DNA from: Spongiibacteraceae bacterium
GTDB taxonomy: Bacteria; Pseudomonadota; Gammaproteobacteria; Pseudomonadales; Dasaniaceae
Length of the DNA: 64,000 bases
NCBI GenBank assembly: GCA_028280715.1
Contig: JANQLG010000012.1
Span: 62,211 to 126,210, forward strand
Direction: 5' to 3'
The notes beneath the pieces are model-generated. The model worked only from the letters and a program-made list of their open reading frames with translations, was not told where the DNA came from and did no database searches. This document shows, one piece after another, positions 1-9,769 of this stretch; position 1 is the stretch's first letter, and each line of letters starts with the position of its first letter. A program made the position numbers and the translations under genes.

Positions 1-1
1 A

Positions 2-706
2 GGCGAAGCCTTCTACCCGGTTGCAGCACGCCTGCTTTCCGAATTAGAGGATGCAAAGGAAGAACTACACAATCTGTTTGCCCTTAAACGGGGAAAGCTG
101 GCTGTAGCAGCAATGCCCTCTTTCGCAGGACATCAATTACCCAGCATTATCAGCGAGTATCGGAAGCGCTTTCCGGCCATCAATATCACTGTTCATGATG
201 TGCTGGCTGAAAAGGTAGTGGAAATGGTTCGCTCCGGCCTGGTAGAGGTGGGTATCACCTTCGATCCAGATATTGCCTCTGATGACCTGCTCTTCGAACC
301 ACTGTTTGAGGACCAGTTTGTCATTGCACTACCGGACAAGCACCCGCTGCTAGAGCATAAAACTTTAAGCTGGAATCAAATCAAAGATCAACCCTTAATT
401 GCACTGCAACGTCCCTCCAGTATTCGAGAACTCATTGAAAGCCGCCTGGAGGAGAAAGGGAGAAAGCCCATCATTGAGCTGGAATCGCATCAACTGGTCA
501 CCATTATCCGCATGGTTGTATGCGGGCTTGGCATTAGTATCATGCCCTCTCTATGTAAACCCCAGATTGAACAGCTGGGCAGTCATTGGCGCCCTCTTAA
601 AAGCCCTACAATCAGTCGCAAAGTGGGCATGCTAGTAAGAAAACGCACCCCTTTATCGACAGCTGCCAAAGAAATGGTACATGCCTTAAAACAATACGTG
701 CATTAA
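2..706 (+). CDS. LysR-family transcriptional regulator, C-terminal effector-binding part (5' end outside window)
   Basis: Reading frame of ORF 113..706 stays open to the window edge. The sequence has a LysR substrate-binding-domain-like pattern. Confidence 0.75.
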   Translation, partial: GEAFYPVAARLLSELEDAKEELHNLFALKRGKLAVAAMPSFAGHQLPSIISEYRKRFPAINITVHDVLAEKVVEMVRSGLVEVGITFDPDIASDDLLFEPLFEDQFVIALPDKHPLLEHKTLSWNQIKDQPLIALQRPSSIRELIESRLEEKGRKPIIELESHQLVTIIRMVVCGLGISIMPSLCKPQIEQLGSHWRPLKSPTISRKVGMLVRKRTPLSTAAKEMVHALKQYVH

Positions 707-877
707 CCGAGAAACTGCCATTCATTTAAAACACTTTGGGCTTTGAAATAGCGCGCACTTCTGCCAAAAAATAATGGCAGCTATGTCACAGCTACCTATA
801 CTTGATATAAAAGGTGGGATTTTATCTTGTAATCTATAATACACAGGCATTTAGCCCTATTGGGCACAAGAATTAAT

Positions 878-1861
878 ATGCAATCACCTAGCACTCCAGA
901 CAATGAGGCTCATCGCCTGGCCACTCTCAAATCCCTGAATATTTTAGATACTGAAGCAGAAGAACGCTTTGATCGTATTACGCGCATGGCGAGAAAATTG
1001 TTTCAGGTACCTATTGCGCTGGTAAGCCTGGTTGACGAAAACCGACAATGGTTTAAATCCTGTTTTGGTATTGATGCCACAGAAACACCGCGCGACATCT
1101 CATTTTGTGGACATGCCATATTAGGCAACGAAGTGTTTAACATACCCGATGCCTCGCAAGATACACGTTTTGCCGATAATCCATTAGTTACCGGTGCACC
1201 CAATGTTCGCTTTTACGCAGGCAGGCCATTAAAAGCGCCCAATGGAGACAAAATTGGTACACTCTGTATTATCGACCAGGAACCCAGAAACCTGGACGAT
1301 GAGGATCTGATAATACTTGACGACCTGGCCGCAATGGTCGAGCAAGAATTGTCTGCCGTGCAACAAGCATCGATCGATGAGCTTACCCAAATCAGTAACC
1401 GCAGGGGTTTTCATCAAATAGCCGAGCACAGCTTGCAGGTCTGCAAGCGTCAAAATATTCCTGCCTGCCTGGCATTTTTTGATCTAGATAGCTTTAAACC
1501 AATCAATGATCAATTCGGCCATAAAGAAGGCGATAATGCGCTGCGCTTTTTCGCTGAACAATTACAGCTGGCTTTTAGAGAAACTGATTTAGTAGCGCGT
1601 ATAGGTGGCGATGAATTTACAGTTTTTTTTATCAACACGTCGACAGACTTGGCAAATGCTTTTGTTGAACGATTCACTTCCCAACTGGAAGAGGCCACAC
1701 AAACAGACAAACGTCCCTATAAAATCTCTTTCTCCTATGGTTTGGTTGATTACGATAGCAAGCGTCACCATTCGATTAACGAGTTAATGATCGCCGCCGA
1801 TAAAATTATGTATCAACACAAACAGGAAAAAAATCAGCGAAAACACCTTTCATCGCTTTGA
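878..1861 (+). CDS. GAF-domain diguanylate cyclase (GGDEF)
   Basis: N-terminal half is GAF-like. C-terminal half carries RIGGDEFTVFF (GGDEF active site). ATG at 878 is preferred to the TTG at 860 used by the ORF track. Confidence 0.85.
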   Translation: MQSPSTPDNEAHRLATLKSLNILDTEAEERFDRITRMARKLFQVPIALVSLVDENRQWFKSCFGIDATETPRDISFCGHAILGNEVFNIPDASQDTRFADNPLVTGAPNVRFYAGRPLKAPNGDKIGTLCIIDQEPRNLDDEDLIILDDLAAMVEQELSAVQQASIDELTQISNRRGFHQIAEHSLQVCKRQNIPACLAFFDLDSFKPINDQFGHKEGDNALRFFAEQLQLAFRETDLVARIGGDEFTVFFINTSTDLANAFVERFTSQLEEATQTDKRPYKISFSYGLVDYDSKRHHSINELMIAADKIMYQHKQEKNQRKHLSSL

Positions 1862-1964
1862 ATATATAGTTATTTCATCACCTACTGCTAAACCCTTTTC
1901 ATTCTAAAGTTCATCCAACTCGCCTCCTATACTTAACAAGAAGACCAGCGAAGGAGGTATCACC

Positions 1965-2726
1965 ATGAGCACAATTACTCAACACACTCCCTCTTATCCT
2001 ATTCGTACTGTTCCCATGACTCGCCCTTTTGTTTGGTTAGCACGGGGATGGGAGGATTTAATGCATCACTTCCAGGCCAGCTTTACTTATGGCGCAATGG
2101 TAACCTTTATGGGAGCTTTAATTCTCGCCTACGAACGGCACCCACTGTTCATCGCCGCAGCCATGAGCTGCTTTATGATGGTGGCACCGATTTTAGCTGC
2201 AGGTTTAACAGAACTATCCCGCTGCAGCGATCTCAACGAAGAAGCCAATTTTGATAGTTCGTTAAAAGCCCTGCGACGCAACCACGACAACTTATTGAGC
2301 TTTGCCGGTTTTCTACTGGTAATCAGTGTTATCTGGTTTGCTGCTTCCTACTGGCTGATGGCCGCTATTATTGGTGAAGTAACACCGACCATTGCGCAAA
2401 CTGTTTGGGGCGATGTACTCCACAATATGACTGGCACTCAACTTACTGCCTATGCCATTTCCGGTGGTTTATTAATTGGCTTGGTGTTTGCGCTTTCAGT
2501 AGTCACGGTACCCATGATTATTGATCATCATGTCGATGCGCGCTCTGCTATGAAAACCAGTTTGCGGGTATTCGTTAAAGATCTACCTGCCATCGCCATG
2601 TGGGGCGTGATCATCCTTGCACTGATCGCCATTGCCTTTGCATCGTATCTGATCGGCATGTTGATTATTTTTCCGCTACTGGGGCATGCGACCTGGTATG
2701 CCTATCAGGATTTGGTAAAACACTAA
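1965..2726 (+). CDS. Integral membrane protein (DUF2189-like)
   Basis: 253-aa ORF with several hydrophobic helices and a GGAGG-like RBS upstream. The family assignment is from memory only. Confidence 0.45.
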   Translation: MSTITQHTPSYPIRTVPMTRPFVWLARGWEDLMHHFQASFTYGAMVTFMGALILAYERHPLFIAAAMSCFMMVAPILAAGLTELSRCSDLNEEANFDSSLKALRRNHDNLLSFAGFLLVISVIWFAASYWLMAAIIGEVTPTIAQTVWGDVLHNMTGTQLTAYAISGGLLIGLVFALSVVTVPMIIDHHVDARSAMKTSLRVFVKDLPAIAMWGVIILALIAIAFASYLIGMLIIFPLLGHATWYAYQDLVKH

Positions 2727-2749
2727 TCTATCGGTAGTAGATAATCTGT

Positions 2750-3271
2750 TTACTCAGCAGGCTGATCTTCCAGCTTGGTGGTTTCACGGGTATCCATGAT
2801 CGCTGCGATTTTCCAGCCCTGATCGGTACGGATGACAAAATAGGCTTCCTTAAAGCTTTGACGTTTTTCAGTACCGATTAGGATACGGACAGAGTGAGTT
2901 TCAATATCGGCCCATATCGTCGCGATATCGCCTTCTACCCGGCTATCGATAATGTTAGCCGTGCGAGTATAGGATCTGGTCATTTTAAAAATAACGGGAA
3001 TGATGCCCGACCAGTACTCTGGTAAATTCTCAGTCAAGCCTTTAGGGTCGACACCCGCATGGGCACTCTTGATCGTAAACTGCACACCACCATCGACCAT
3101 AGTGTTGATCAATCCTTCCTCATCCTCATTGGCAAAGGCGGCATTAAAATCCAGTACGACTTGCTCATGGGGTGCAGCTGCATATGACAATGAAGCCACC
3201 AGTAACCCTGCAATCAAAACTCCAGCCATCAAGCCCCAACTACCTAACAAGCGATGAACATATTTAGTCAT
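2750..3271 (-). CDS. Exported NTF2/SnoaL-like protein of unknown function
   Basis: ORF 2750..3331. The internal ATG at 3271 gives a classical signal peptide (MTKYVHRLLGSWGLMAGVLIAGLLVASLSYAAA). The C-terminal part looks like an alpha+beta barrel. Confidence 0.5.
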   Translation of the reverse strand: MTKYVHRLLGSWGLMAGVLIAGLLVASLSYAAAPHEQVVLDFNAAFANEDEEGLINTMVDGGVQFTIKSAHAGVDPKGLTENLPEYWSGIIPVIFKMTRSYTRTANIIDSRVEGDIATIWADIETHSVRILIGTEKRQSFKEAYFVIRTDQGWKIAAIMDTRETTKLEDQPAE

Positions 3272-3447
3272 TTCTTTGCCCTTTACTCTGCTTATATTCT
3301 CGTGTTTTAAAATGCTAACAGTCTTGCTCACAGGGTTCCAAGAGATTGCCTATAGCAATAGCCAATATCTTGATTTACAACAAATAAAAGCCGTGTAATA
3401 TTTTCGTTCTGTCATTGTTAAACCAATAAATACATAAAGGGCATTTT

Positions 3448-4965
3448 ATGGAAGCCAAACATTCGGCGGGTACACCCTCTGAAACCAATCATCTGGACAA
3501 CAGTAATACTACCCCTCGATATCGTCTGTTAGCTATTATGCTTGGGCCAGCTGTGTGCTTGTTATTGTCCTCTTTACCTGCGCCGGAAGCTCTTTCCATT
3601 GAATCCTGGAAACTCATTGCACTGACGTCCTGGATGGTATTGTGGTGGATGACAGAAGCTGCACCGGTTGCCGTCACCGCTTTATTGCCTATTCCTTTTA
3701 TGCCAATTTTAGGCATCAGTACCCAACCTGCTGTTACAGCCAGTTATGGCCACCCTTTAGTGTTTTTATTTTTAGGCGGTTTTTTAATTGCAGCAGCCAT
3801 GCAGAGATGGGGCCTGCATAAACGAATTGCACTTAGAATTGTCCAGTTAGCAGGCAATAGCAGTCGTGGCATTATCGGTGGTTTTATGGTTTCCACAGCA
3901 TTCCTTTCGATGTGGATTTCCAACACAGCAACATCACTGATGATGTTTACTGTCGGCATTTCCCTAATTGATTTTGTGTCATCAAAAGTTGAAGACCGTG
4001 CTCAAGTGAGAAATTTCGGCATAGCACTTATGTTAGGAATTGCTTACAGCGCCTCTATCGGTGGAGTTGCAACCTTAATCGGAACACCACCGAACACACT
4101 ATTGGCGGCATTTCTATCAGACAATTACAACATCACTATTGATTTCTCTACCTGGATGGCGGTTGGCGTACCGATTATGCTCATTATGCTTCCTATAGTC
4201 TGGATATTGTTATGTCGATGGATTTTTCCGGTCGGTGATTTACATATTGGGGAGGTTTCAGAATTGGTTTCAGGTGAACTGCATGAATTAGGCGCCATGT
4301 CCCGCGGTGAAAAAGTCGTCATGGTGGTGTTTTGTTTGACGGCTGTTGCCTGGATTACACGAAAGTGGCTGGTGGCTATGACAGGCCTAAATATTTCAGA
4401 TACCTCAATTGCGTTAATGGCAGCATGTGCACTGTTTGTTATTCCGGTATCTTTGCAGCGCAATCAATTTACCGTTGAATGGGAGGCAGCGCACAATGTG
4501 CCCTGGGGTATTTTGATTTTATTCGGTGGCGGCCTGGCGCTAGCTGGTGCTTTTAAAAGTACTGGCTTAGCTGCAACAATTGGTGAATATGTTGGCGGGT
4601 TAAATACCCTGGATATCACGATGATTGTTTTAGTGGCAATCGCAGCTATTATTTTTCTGACTGAAGTGACCTCCAACACGGCAACCACTGCAACGTTTCT
4701 ACCAATCTTAGGCGCTGTCTCTGTTGGTTTGGGCTACAGCCCAATGACATTAGCTATTCCTGCCGCATTAGCAGCGTCTATGGCCTTTATGATGCCCGTG
4801 GCCACGCCACCTAACGCCGTTGTATTTTCCTATGAAGAGATGCACATCAGTGACATGATGAAAGCGGGAATTTGGTTAAACCTAATAACTATCAGCTTGA
4901 TCTATTTGGCCATGATCACATTTATCCCCATACTTTTCGATCTCGGCTATAGCAGTATTTTTTAA
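3448..4965 (+). CDS. DASS/SLC13-family sodium-coupled anion (di/tricarboxylate or sulfate) symporter
   Basis: 505-aa polytopic membrane protein. Conserved SNTA and PPN hairpin motifs occur in both halves (WISNTATSLM.., GTPPNTLL; TSNTATTATFLP, ATPPNAVV). Confidence 0.8.
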   Translation: MEAKHSAGTPSETNHLDNSNTTPRYRLLAIMLGPAVCLLLSSLPAPEALSIESWKLIALTSWMVLWWMTEAAPVAVTALLPIPFMPILGISTQPAVTASYGHPLVFLFLGGFLIAAAMQRWGLHKRIALRIVQLAGNSSRGIIGGFMVSTAFLSMWISNTATSLMMFTVGISLIDFVSSKVEDRAQVRNFGIALMLGIAYSASIGGVATLIGTPPNTLLAAFLSDNYNITIDFSTWMAVGVPIMLIMLPIVWILLCRWIFPVGDLHIGEVSELVSGELHELGAMSRGEKVVMVVFCLTAVAWITRKWLVAMTGLNISDTSIALMAACALFVIPVSLQRNQFTVEWEAAHNVPWGILILFGGGLALAGAFKSTGLAATIGEYVGGLNTLDITMIVLVAIAAIIFLTEVTSNTATTATFLPILGAVSVGLGYSPMTLAIPAALAASMAFMMPVATPPNAVVFSYEEMHISDMMKAGIWLNLITISLIYLAMITFIPILFDLGYSSIF

Positions 4966-5029
4966 TCGCACACGTTACTGCTACCAAATCAGTACTGCTA
5001 TATCTGTCGAACTTTTCAATGCGAGCAAT

Positions 5030-7381
5030 TCAGAGCGATTCTTTTACAGATTTTCCGATACGCTCTTTTTGTTCATCGTCCAAACTTAATTCCACAGGTA
5101 ATTCCTCAAGCTCAACATCATTAATCATGTTATTACGATCTGTTGCTTCACTAATCACCTGTTGTGGCGACTGTTCAATGTCCTGCAATAATCTACTGCC
5201 CAGAAGTAAATCTGTGGGTTTGCCCATGTCACCTTTGCTGTAATCACAAACACCTTGGGGGAAAATTTTTTCCAGTATTTGTTGATAAGAAGACATATCA
5301 ATAGAGCCATAAACGCCTTTATCTAGTGCTGTTTTTACGGGCTGCAAATGACATTTGAAAATGTCACCAGCAACATCCGCGCCGGCCAATTGTCTGGAAA
5401 CAGAATAAGAGGGGTAAACATCCATACAGGCCCCTTTTTTCAAATCATTCCATGCACCATTCCAAACATCACTCCCAGCGGCAATAATTTTTCCTTCATT
5501 GTCAAAACAAGTATCAACCGCCTGTTTTGGTTTAGCTTTTTTAGTTAACCACTGATCCAGCACAGCAAAAGCTTCAGGCTCACCGGTATGGGGTTTTCGA
5601 GTCACCCATATCAAATGGTTTTCGCTATGGCCCTGCTCTCGCAACAACCGTTTTCGAGCTGAGAAAGAGGCAGATAAATGATGCATGTCCAATTCATCCT
5701 CTAAATAATGCCGTAAATCAATAAGAGGAATCGGCAAATGGCCTAAAAATACATGACCACTGCGATAAACAGCATGCATTGCTTTTATATGACCCTCACT
5801 GCGCACGGCGGGCTTTTCCAACGTTCCATGCCGCATATTTTTATGACTCCAAATGGAAATTCTGATGGGAAAAACATCGCCATTTAAAAACCAGAAATGT
5901 TCCTTACGTAAATCCTTTTGTGCTTTCCAGCCACCGATACTGGCATTGAGTTTTAAAAATTCATCAATGGTAATTTTATTGTCCAATAATGTTTTCAATC
6001 CGTATTGAACACCAACATTGTCCCAAGTGGTTCGGCCATAACCCTGTTCATCAGTACCATAAATTAATTTCAAATCATTCCAATGCGTCCAGTTAACGGA
6101 TTCCACCACATCCGGATGATAATATTTTGCTTTATGCGTAAACGTCGGGTTATTCACCAGAGCTGTTAAACCGCGCCAACCATTGGCGCACTCGGTCTCA
6201 CCATTTTCCATACTGGGAAAAACACCGCTCCTGATTTGTGATAACCGTTGAAACCAGCGAAAACGGCTGGTGATTTCGGCACTGGCATTCAGTCCTTCGA
6301 TATCACGACGATTCTCCCAATCCTGCCAGCGTGGATTATTTCTGTCAGTGACATCGAAAAAGTATTCCAACAACTCACAGTCCATCGCATAAGCTTTCTG
6401 CGTCACCATGTCTGGATAGGCATATTCGGCAATGGCTGCATCGAGAATATCGGGATTATTTTGCGCAAGGATATATTGTTGTACTGCGCCTCCTGATCCG
6501 CCAATGCCAACGGTATAAAGCGGCTCGCCATAAAGTGCAGTAAATTGTTTCTTAACCCTTAGAGCTACATCTTCCGAAGTCCATAAGTTGTAATGATTGG
6601 ATGTTTGGGTACCAGTGGAATAAATAACGGCATAACCCTGCACGAGTTGTTCATACCTGCGTTTAAAAATAATTCGAGGTGACAAACGTCCTTGTCGGTA
6701 GCCAATACCCACACCGCCGCGAAACTGATAAATTAATTTTTGATTCCAATTACTGCCATTGGGGTTATCTAACGTTTCATTGTCGCCACGTAAAGCGACA
6801 ATCATATAGAGAAAGCGATTTATCGTGCCTATCTCTACTCTAACAACAAAATCAATCTCTTTACCGTTTACCACAATTTTTTCAATATCATCATTCGCCT
6901 GTGATAGAGGATAAAAGCTATCTTCGGTATCAACACGTTTGTAATAGTAATTGGCTTGAGTGGGCAGCAGACAATCTTTACTGTAACCCATAACCTGATC
7001 GGTAACAGTGCCCTGCTTATTCAATTTATAAACAGGCACCCCCCAACCCTGATAATTATCAATCAAGGGTTGCCCAAGCCCGGATCGTCTTATCCCACAC
7101 AGAAAAGGATATTGTGGTTCACCCGCAAACAAAGGCTCAACCGGACCTACTTCACCGATATGTATGGGAAAGGTAAAAGTCTCTTCAGGTCGACTGATAA
7201 CCGAAGGATGTAAACCCTGATAGGAAGGCAGCGATATATCCTTTTCAACCGGAGGCATTCCCACAACATATACGGGAGGAATTGATTTAGAATCAGGATG
7301 TAAATAAAAACCTGCGCAGGATATTAATAACAGCGCAAAAAACATCCAGGCAAAATGCAATTTCTTTTTTACAAGCAACAT
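5030..7381 (-). CDS. Large lipoprotein, probable alpha/beta-hydrolase-fold enzyme
   Basis: 783-aa ORF with a lipobox (LLLISCAG) and a nucleophile-elbow-like GIGGSGGA motif. No family recognised by eye. Confidence 0.4.
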   Translation of the reverse strand: MLLVKKKLHFAWMFFALLLISCAGFYLHPDSKSIPPVYVVGMPPVEKDISLPSYQGLHPSVISRPEETFTFPIHIGEVGPVEPLFAGEPQYPFLCGIRRSGLGQPLIDNYQGWGVPVYKLNKQGTVTDQVMGYSKDCLLPTQANYYYKRVDTEDSFYPLSQANDDIEKIVVNGKEIDFVVRVEIGTINRFLYMIVALRGDNETLDNPNGSNWNQKLIYQFRGGVGIGYRQGRLSPRIIFKRRYEQLVQGYAVIYSTGTQTSNHYNLWTSEDVALRVKKQFTALYGEPLYTVGIGGSGGAVQQYILAQNNPDILDAAIAEYAYPDMVTQKAYAMDCELLEYFFDVTDRNNPRWQDWENRRDIEGLNASAEITSRFRWFQRLSQIRSGVFPSMENGETECANGWRGLTALVNNPTFTHKAKYYHPDVVESVNWTHWNDLKLIYGTDEQGYGRTTWDNVGVQYGLKTLLDNKITIDEFLKLNASIGGWKAQKDLRKEHFWFLNGDVFPIRISIWSHKNMRHGTLEKPAVRSEGHIKAMHAVYRSGHVFLGHLPIPLIDLRHYLEDELDMHHLSASFSARKRLLREQGHSENHLIWVTRKPHTGEPEAFAVLDQWLTKKAKPKQAVDTCFDNEGKIIAAGSDVWNGAWNDLKKGACMDVYPSYSVSRQLAGADVAGDIFKCHLQPVKTALDKGVYGSIDMSSYQQILEKIFPQGVCDYSKGDMGKPTDLLLGSRLLQDIEQSPQQVISEATDRNNMINDVELEELPVELSLDDEQKERIGKSVKESL

Positions 7382-7686
7382 AACAATGTCTCCTCTACAT
7401 CATTACTGTAGACATCACATGCAGCTCTTATTTTTAATAGTGCATATAGTATTTTTAGACTATTTAAAGCAGCGGGCTTGTAGTTAATTGCTATAAGAAC
7501 GGATTTAAAATCTGATCACTCTTAATCCATGACAAGATTTTTATTTAAGTTGGCAGTTATTAACAGGAAAGGCTTTGAATTAAGCAGGATAAAAAAATCA
7601 AATGAAATTTTAAGACTAAATCGAACTAAGTATTAGACAATAAAATTCTAAATCATTTTGTAGCTATTGATGACTATGAGTTATGT

Positions 7687-8322
7687 CTATGAACCGTAGG
7701 CTTTTAGAAAAAAATCAACTGACTGTTCAACTAATTGATCAATTTCAGCCTTTGAAACAGTATCAATACCAATCATCATTTTGGTTTTTTTCACTCCACA
7801 CAACAATGCAATAAATTGTAATGCAGCGAGTTCAGCATCGTCGGCATGGCAATGACCGGCGTCAATTTGTTTTTGTAAGTAACTGATAAAATTTTGTTGA
7901 ATCCAGACGGGGCCAGCTTCCCAAAACATTTGCGACACTTCAGGATGCGCCTGCGAGCCTGCCACACACAAACTTTCCAACCGAATAGCCTGCTCACTAA
8001 ATAGCAACTCGCAGAATTCGCACCCCATTTTGGTTAGGGTTTCTCTTAAGGAAAGACCCGACGGAGAAAGAATTTCAGCTGGAGTATGCTCTCTGCAGGC
8101 GCAATTAATGGCCTCCTTGAACAGGGCTTCTTTACTACCAAAATGGCTATATAGCGTCTGTTTGGATACACCCGCCATTTCAGCAATCTCAACCATACTG
8201 GCATTATCGAAACCGGCATGAAGAAATACATTGGCCGCAGCATCCACAATAGCCTGACGACGCTGCTCCTGCTGTTCAGCTCTGGTGGATTTCATAGTAT
8301 TTATTGACGCCGCTTTACTCAC
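7687..8322 (-). CDS. TetR/AcrR-family transcriptional regulator
   Basis: N-terminal HTH (FDNASMVEIAEMAGVSKQTLYSHFGSKEALF). It is divergent from the RND pump genes. Confidence 0.85.
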   Translation of the reverse strand: MSKAASINTMKSTRAEQQEQRRQAIVDAAANVFLHAGFDNASMVEIAEMAGVSKQTLYSHFGSKEALFKEAINCACREHTPAEILSPSGLSLRETLTKMGCEFCELLFSEQAIRLESLCVAGSQAHPEVSQMFWEAGPVWIQQNFISYLQKQIDAGHCHADDAELAALQFIALLCGVKKTKMMIGIDTVSKAEIDQLVEQSVDFFLKAYGS

Positions 8323-8442
8323 TAACTTTGCTCGCTATAAGTGCCTGAATGTAAAGAATTAATGCTCACTCTCTGTTATTGAACAGATGATGTGCACTTT
8401 TGAAGAGCCCTATAGGCTTGATCGCCCAGTGTATATTCATTA

Positions 8443-8459
8443 GACTAGACCGTCCAGTC
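8443..8459. promoter_or_regulatory. Candidate TetR operator (17-bp palindrome with one mismatched pair)
   Basis: GACTAGAC-C-GTCCAGTC lies in the divergent tetR/pump intergenic region. Confidence 0.35.
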
Positions 8460-8545
8460 CAGCCAGATAAAGATATATGTCCCATAGCTGGCTCGATGTA
8501 AAGACTGCCCATAACCATATTAAGGATAAAAGGGAGGATAATGCA

Positions 8546-9727
8546 TTGAGAATTTATCTCTATTTAAAGCCCTACTTATGTTTAAAACCCTATTTATGGA
8601 AAGGCTTGTCGGTATTGCCCTTGGCATTAATCGCAGGTTGTGGCGCAGAAAACATCTCACCTTCGGACTTAGCAATTAACCATAAAACGGTTTCTGCCAA
8701 GCAAGTCACCATCCAACCTGATTACCAAGTAGCCCGCGAATTTATTGGTGCACTTAAAGCACCACAACGTATCGATTTAGGTTTTGATTCGGCGGGACCG
8801 ATTGTCTCTGTGTTGGTTGAAGAAGGTGATAACGTTAAAGCCGGGCAAGTACTGGCAGAATTGGATTCCTCCGTCTTGAATGCAGAACTAGAAGCGACTC
8901 AGGCACGAAAAAGAGAACTATTGGCAAGGCTTGATTTAAACAAACGCGATCTGGAACGCCAGAAAAAATTGCGGGAAAAAAGTTTTGCCTCCGAGAGTCG
9001 TAGCGACCAGCTCATTTCGCAACAACAATCACTGATTGCACAAATTGATCAAGTCACCGCATCAACGCTATCCTTAGAAAAACAGTTAGAGAAAAAAGTA
9101 TTGTATGCACCTTTTGATTCCAGTGTATCCAATCGTCTTCTAGATGAAGGCGCCGTCGTTAAAGAGGGAACTGCTGTCCTACAGTTGCTGGAGTCCGGTA
9201 GATTAGAAGCGCGTATTGGGGTTCCACTTCGCCTTGCTCGTAAACTGGAAGCAGGTGGCGAAGCCGAAGTTGTTATTGAACGACAGATACATCAAGCAAA
9301 ATTTTTATCTATCGGCACCTCAGTAAACTCGACTACCAAAACTATTCCCACTGAGTTAGAAGTTTTTGTAAATGATGGCGCTAAAAAATTGTACGACGGA
9401 CAAATCATTCGCCTCAAAGTGAACGAAACTCGCTCACAAAGTGGCGTATGGATTCCAGTGGATAGTTTGATCGCCGGTATTCGCGGCAGCTGGGATGTTT
9501 TTGTGCTGTCGCCCGTAGATGACAAAGAACCCAGTGATGACTCATTGCATATCATTGAACGCAGAAAAGTCAATGTCGATTATGTCGGCGGTGGACGCGC
9601 TTTTGTCAGCCATGGTCTTAACACAGGCGATTGGTTAGTCGATGCCGGCGCGCACAAAGTAGCTACCGGACTGCAGGTAAAAATTGCTCACCCCGTTGAA
9701 GTAGCTAGCGTACCAATAATTCACTAA
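8546..9727 (+). CDS. RND efflux pump periplasmic adaptor (membrane fusion protein), lipoprotein
   Basis: Coiled-coil/lipoyl/beta-barrel MFP architecture with lipobox LALIAGCG. A TTG at 8546 lies 8 nt after GGGAGG and is more plausible than the ORF-track ATG at 8477. Confidence 0.8.
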   Translation: MRIYLYLKPYLCLKPYLWKGLSVLPLALIAGCGAENISPSDLAINHKTVSAKQVTIQPDYQVAREFIGALKAPQRIDLGFDSAGPIVSVLVEEGDNVKAGQVLAELDSSVLNAELEATQARKRELLARLDLNKRDLERQKKLREKSFASESRSDQLISQQQSLIAQIDQVTASTLSLEKQLEKKVLYAPFDSSVSNRLLDEGAVVKEGTAVLQLLESGRLEARIGVPLRLARKLEAGGEAEVVIERQIHQAKFLSIGTSVNSTTKTIPTELEVFVNDGAKKLYDGQIIRLKVNETRSQSGVWIPVDSLIAGIRGSWDVFVLSPVDDKEPSDDSLHIIERRKVNVDYVGGGRAFVSHGLNTGDWLVDAGAHKVATGLQVKIAHPVEVASVPIIH

Positions 9728-9769
9728 CGAATTCACTAACGCGTTTCCATTTAGTAACAGGATATTACC

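Noticed and set aside
399-4688. Nested or antisense ORFs inside the LysR, GGDEF, DUF2189 and DASS genes (e.g. 399..635, 1003..1203, 2033..2254, 3489..4688 set)
   Set aside because: They lie entirely within longer ORFs that carry recognisable family motifs. They have no independent support.
8477-8545. ORF-track start (ATG 8477) of the RND adaptor
   Set aside because: It adds 23 residues with no signal-peptide character and no RBS. The TTG at 8546 has a GGGAGG at ideal spacing. This remains uncertain.
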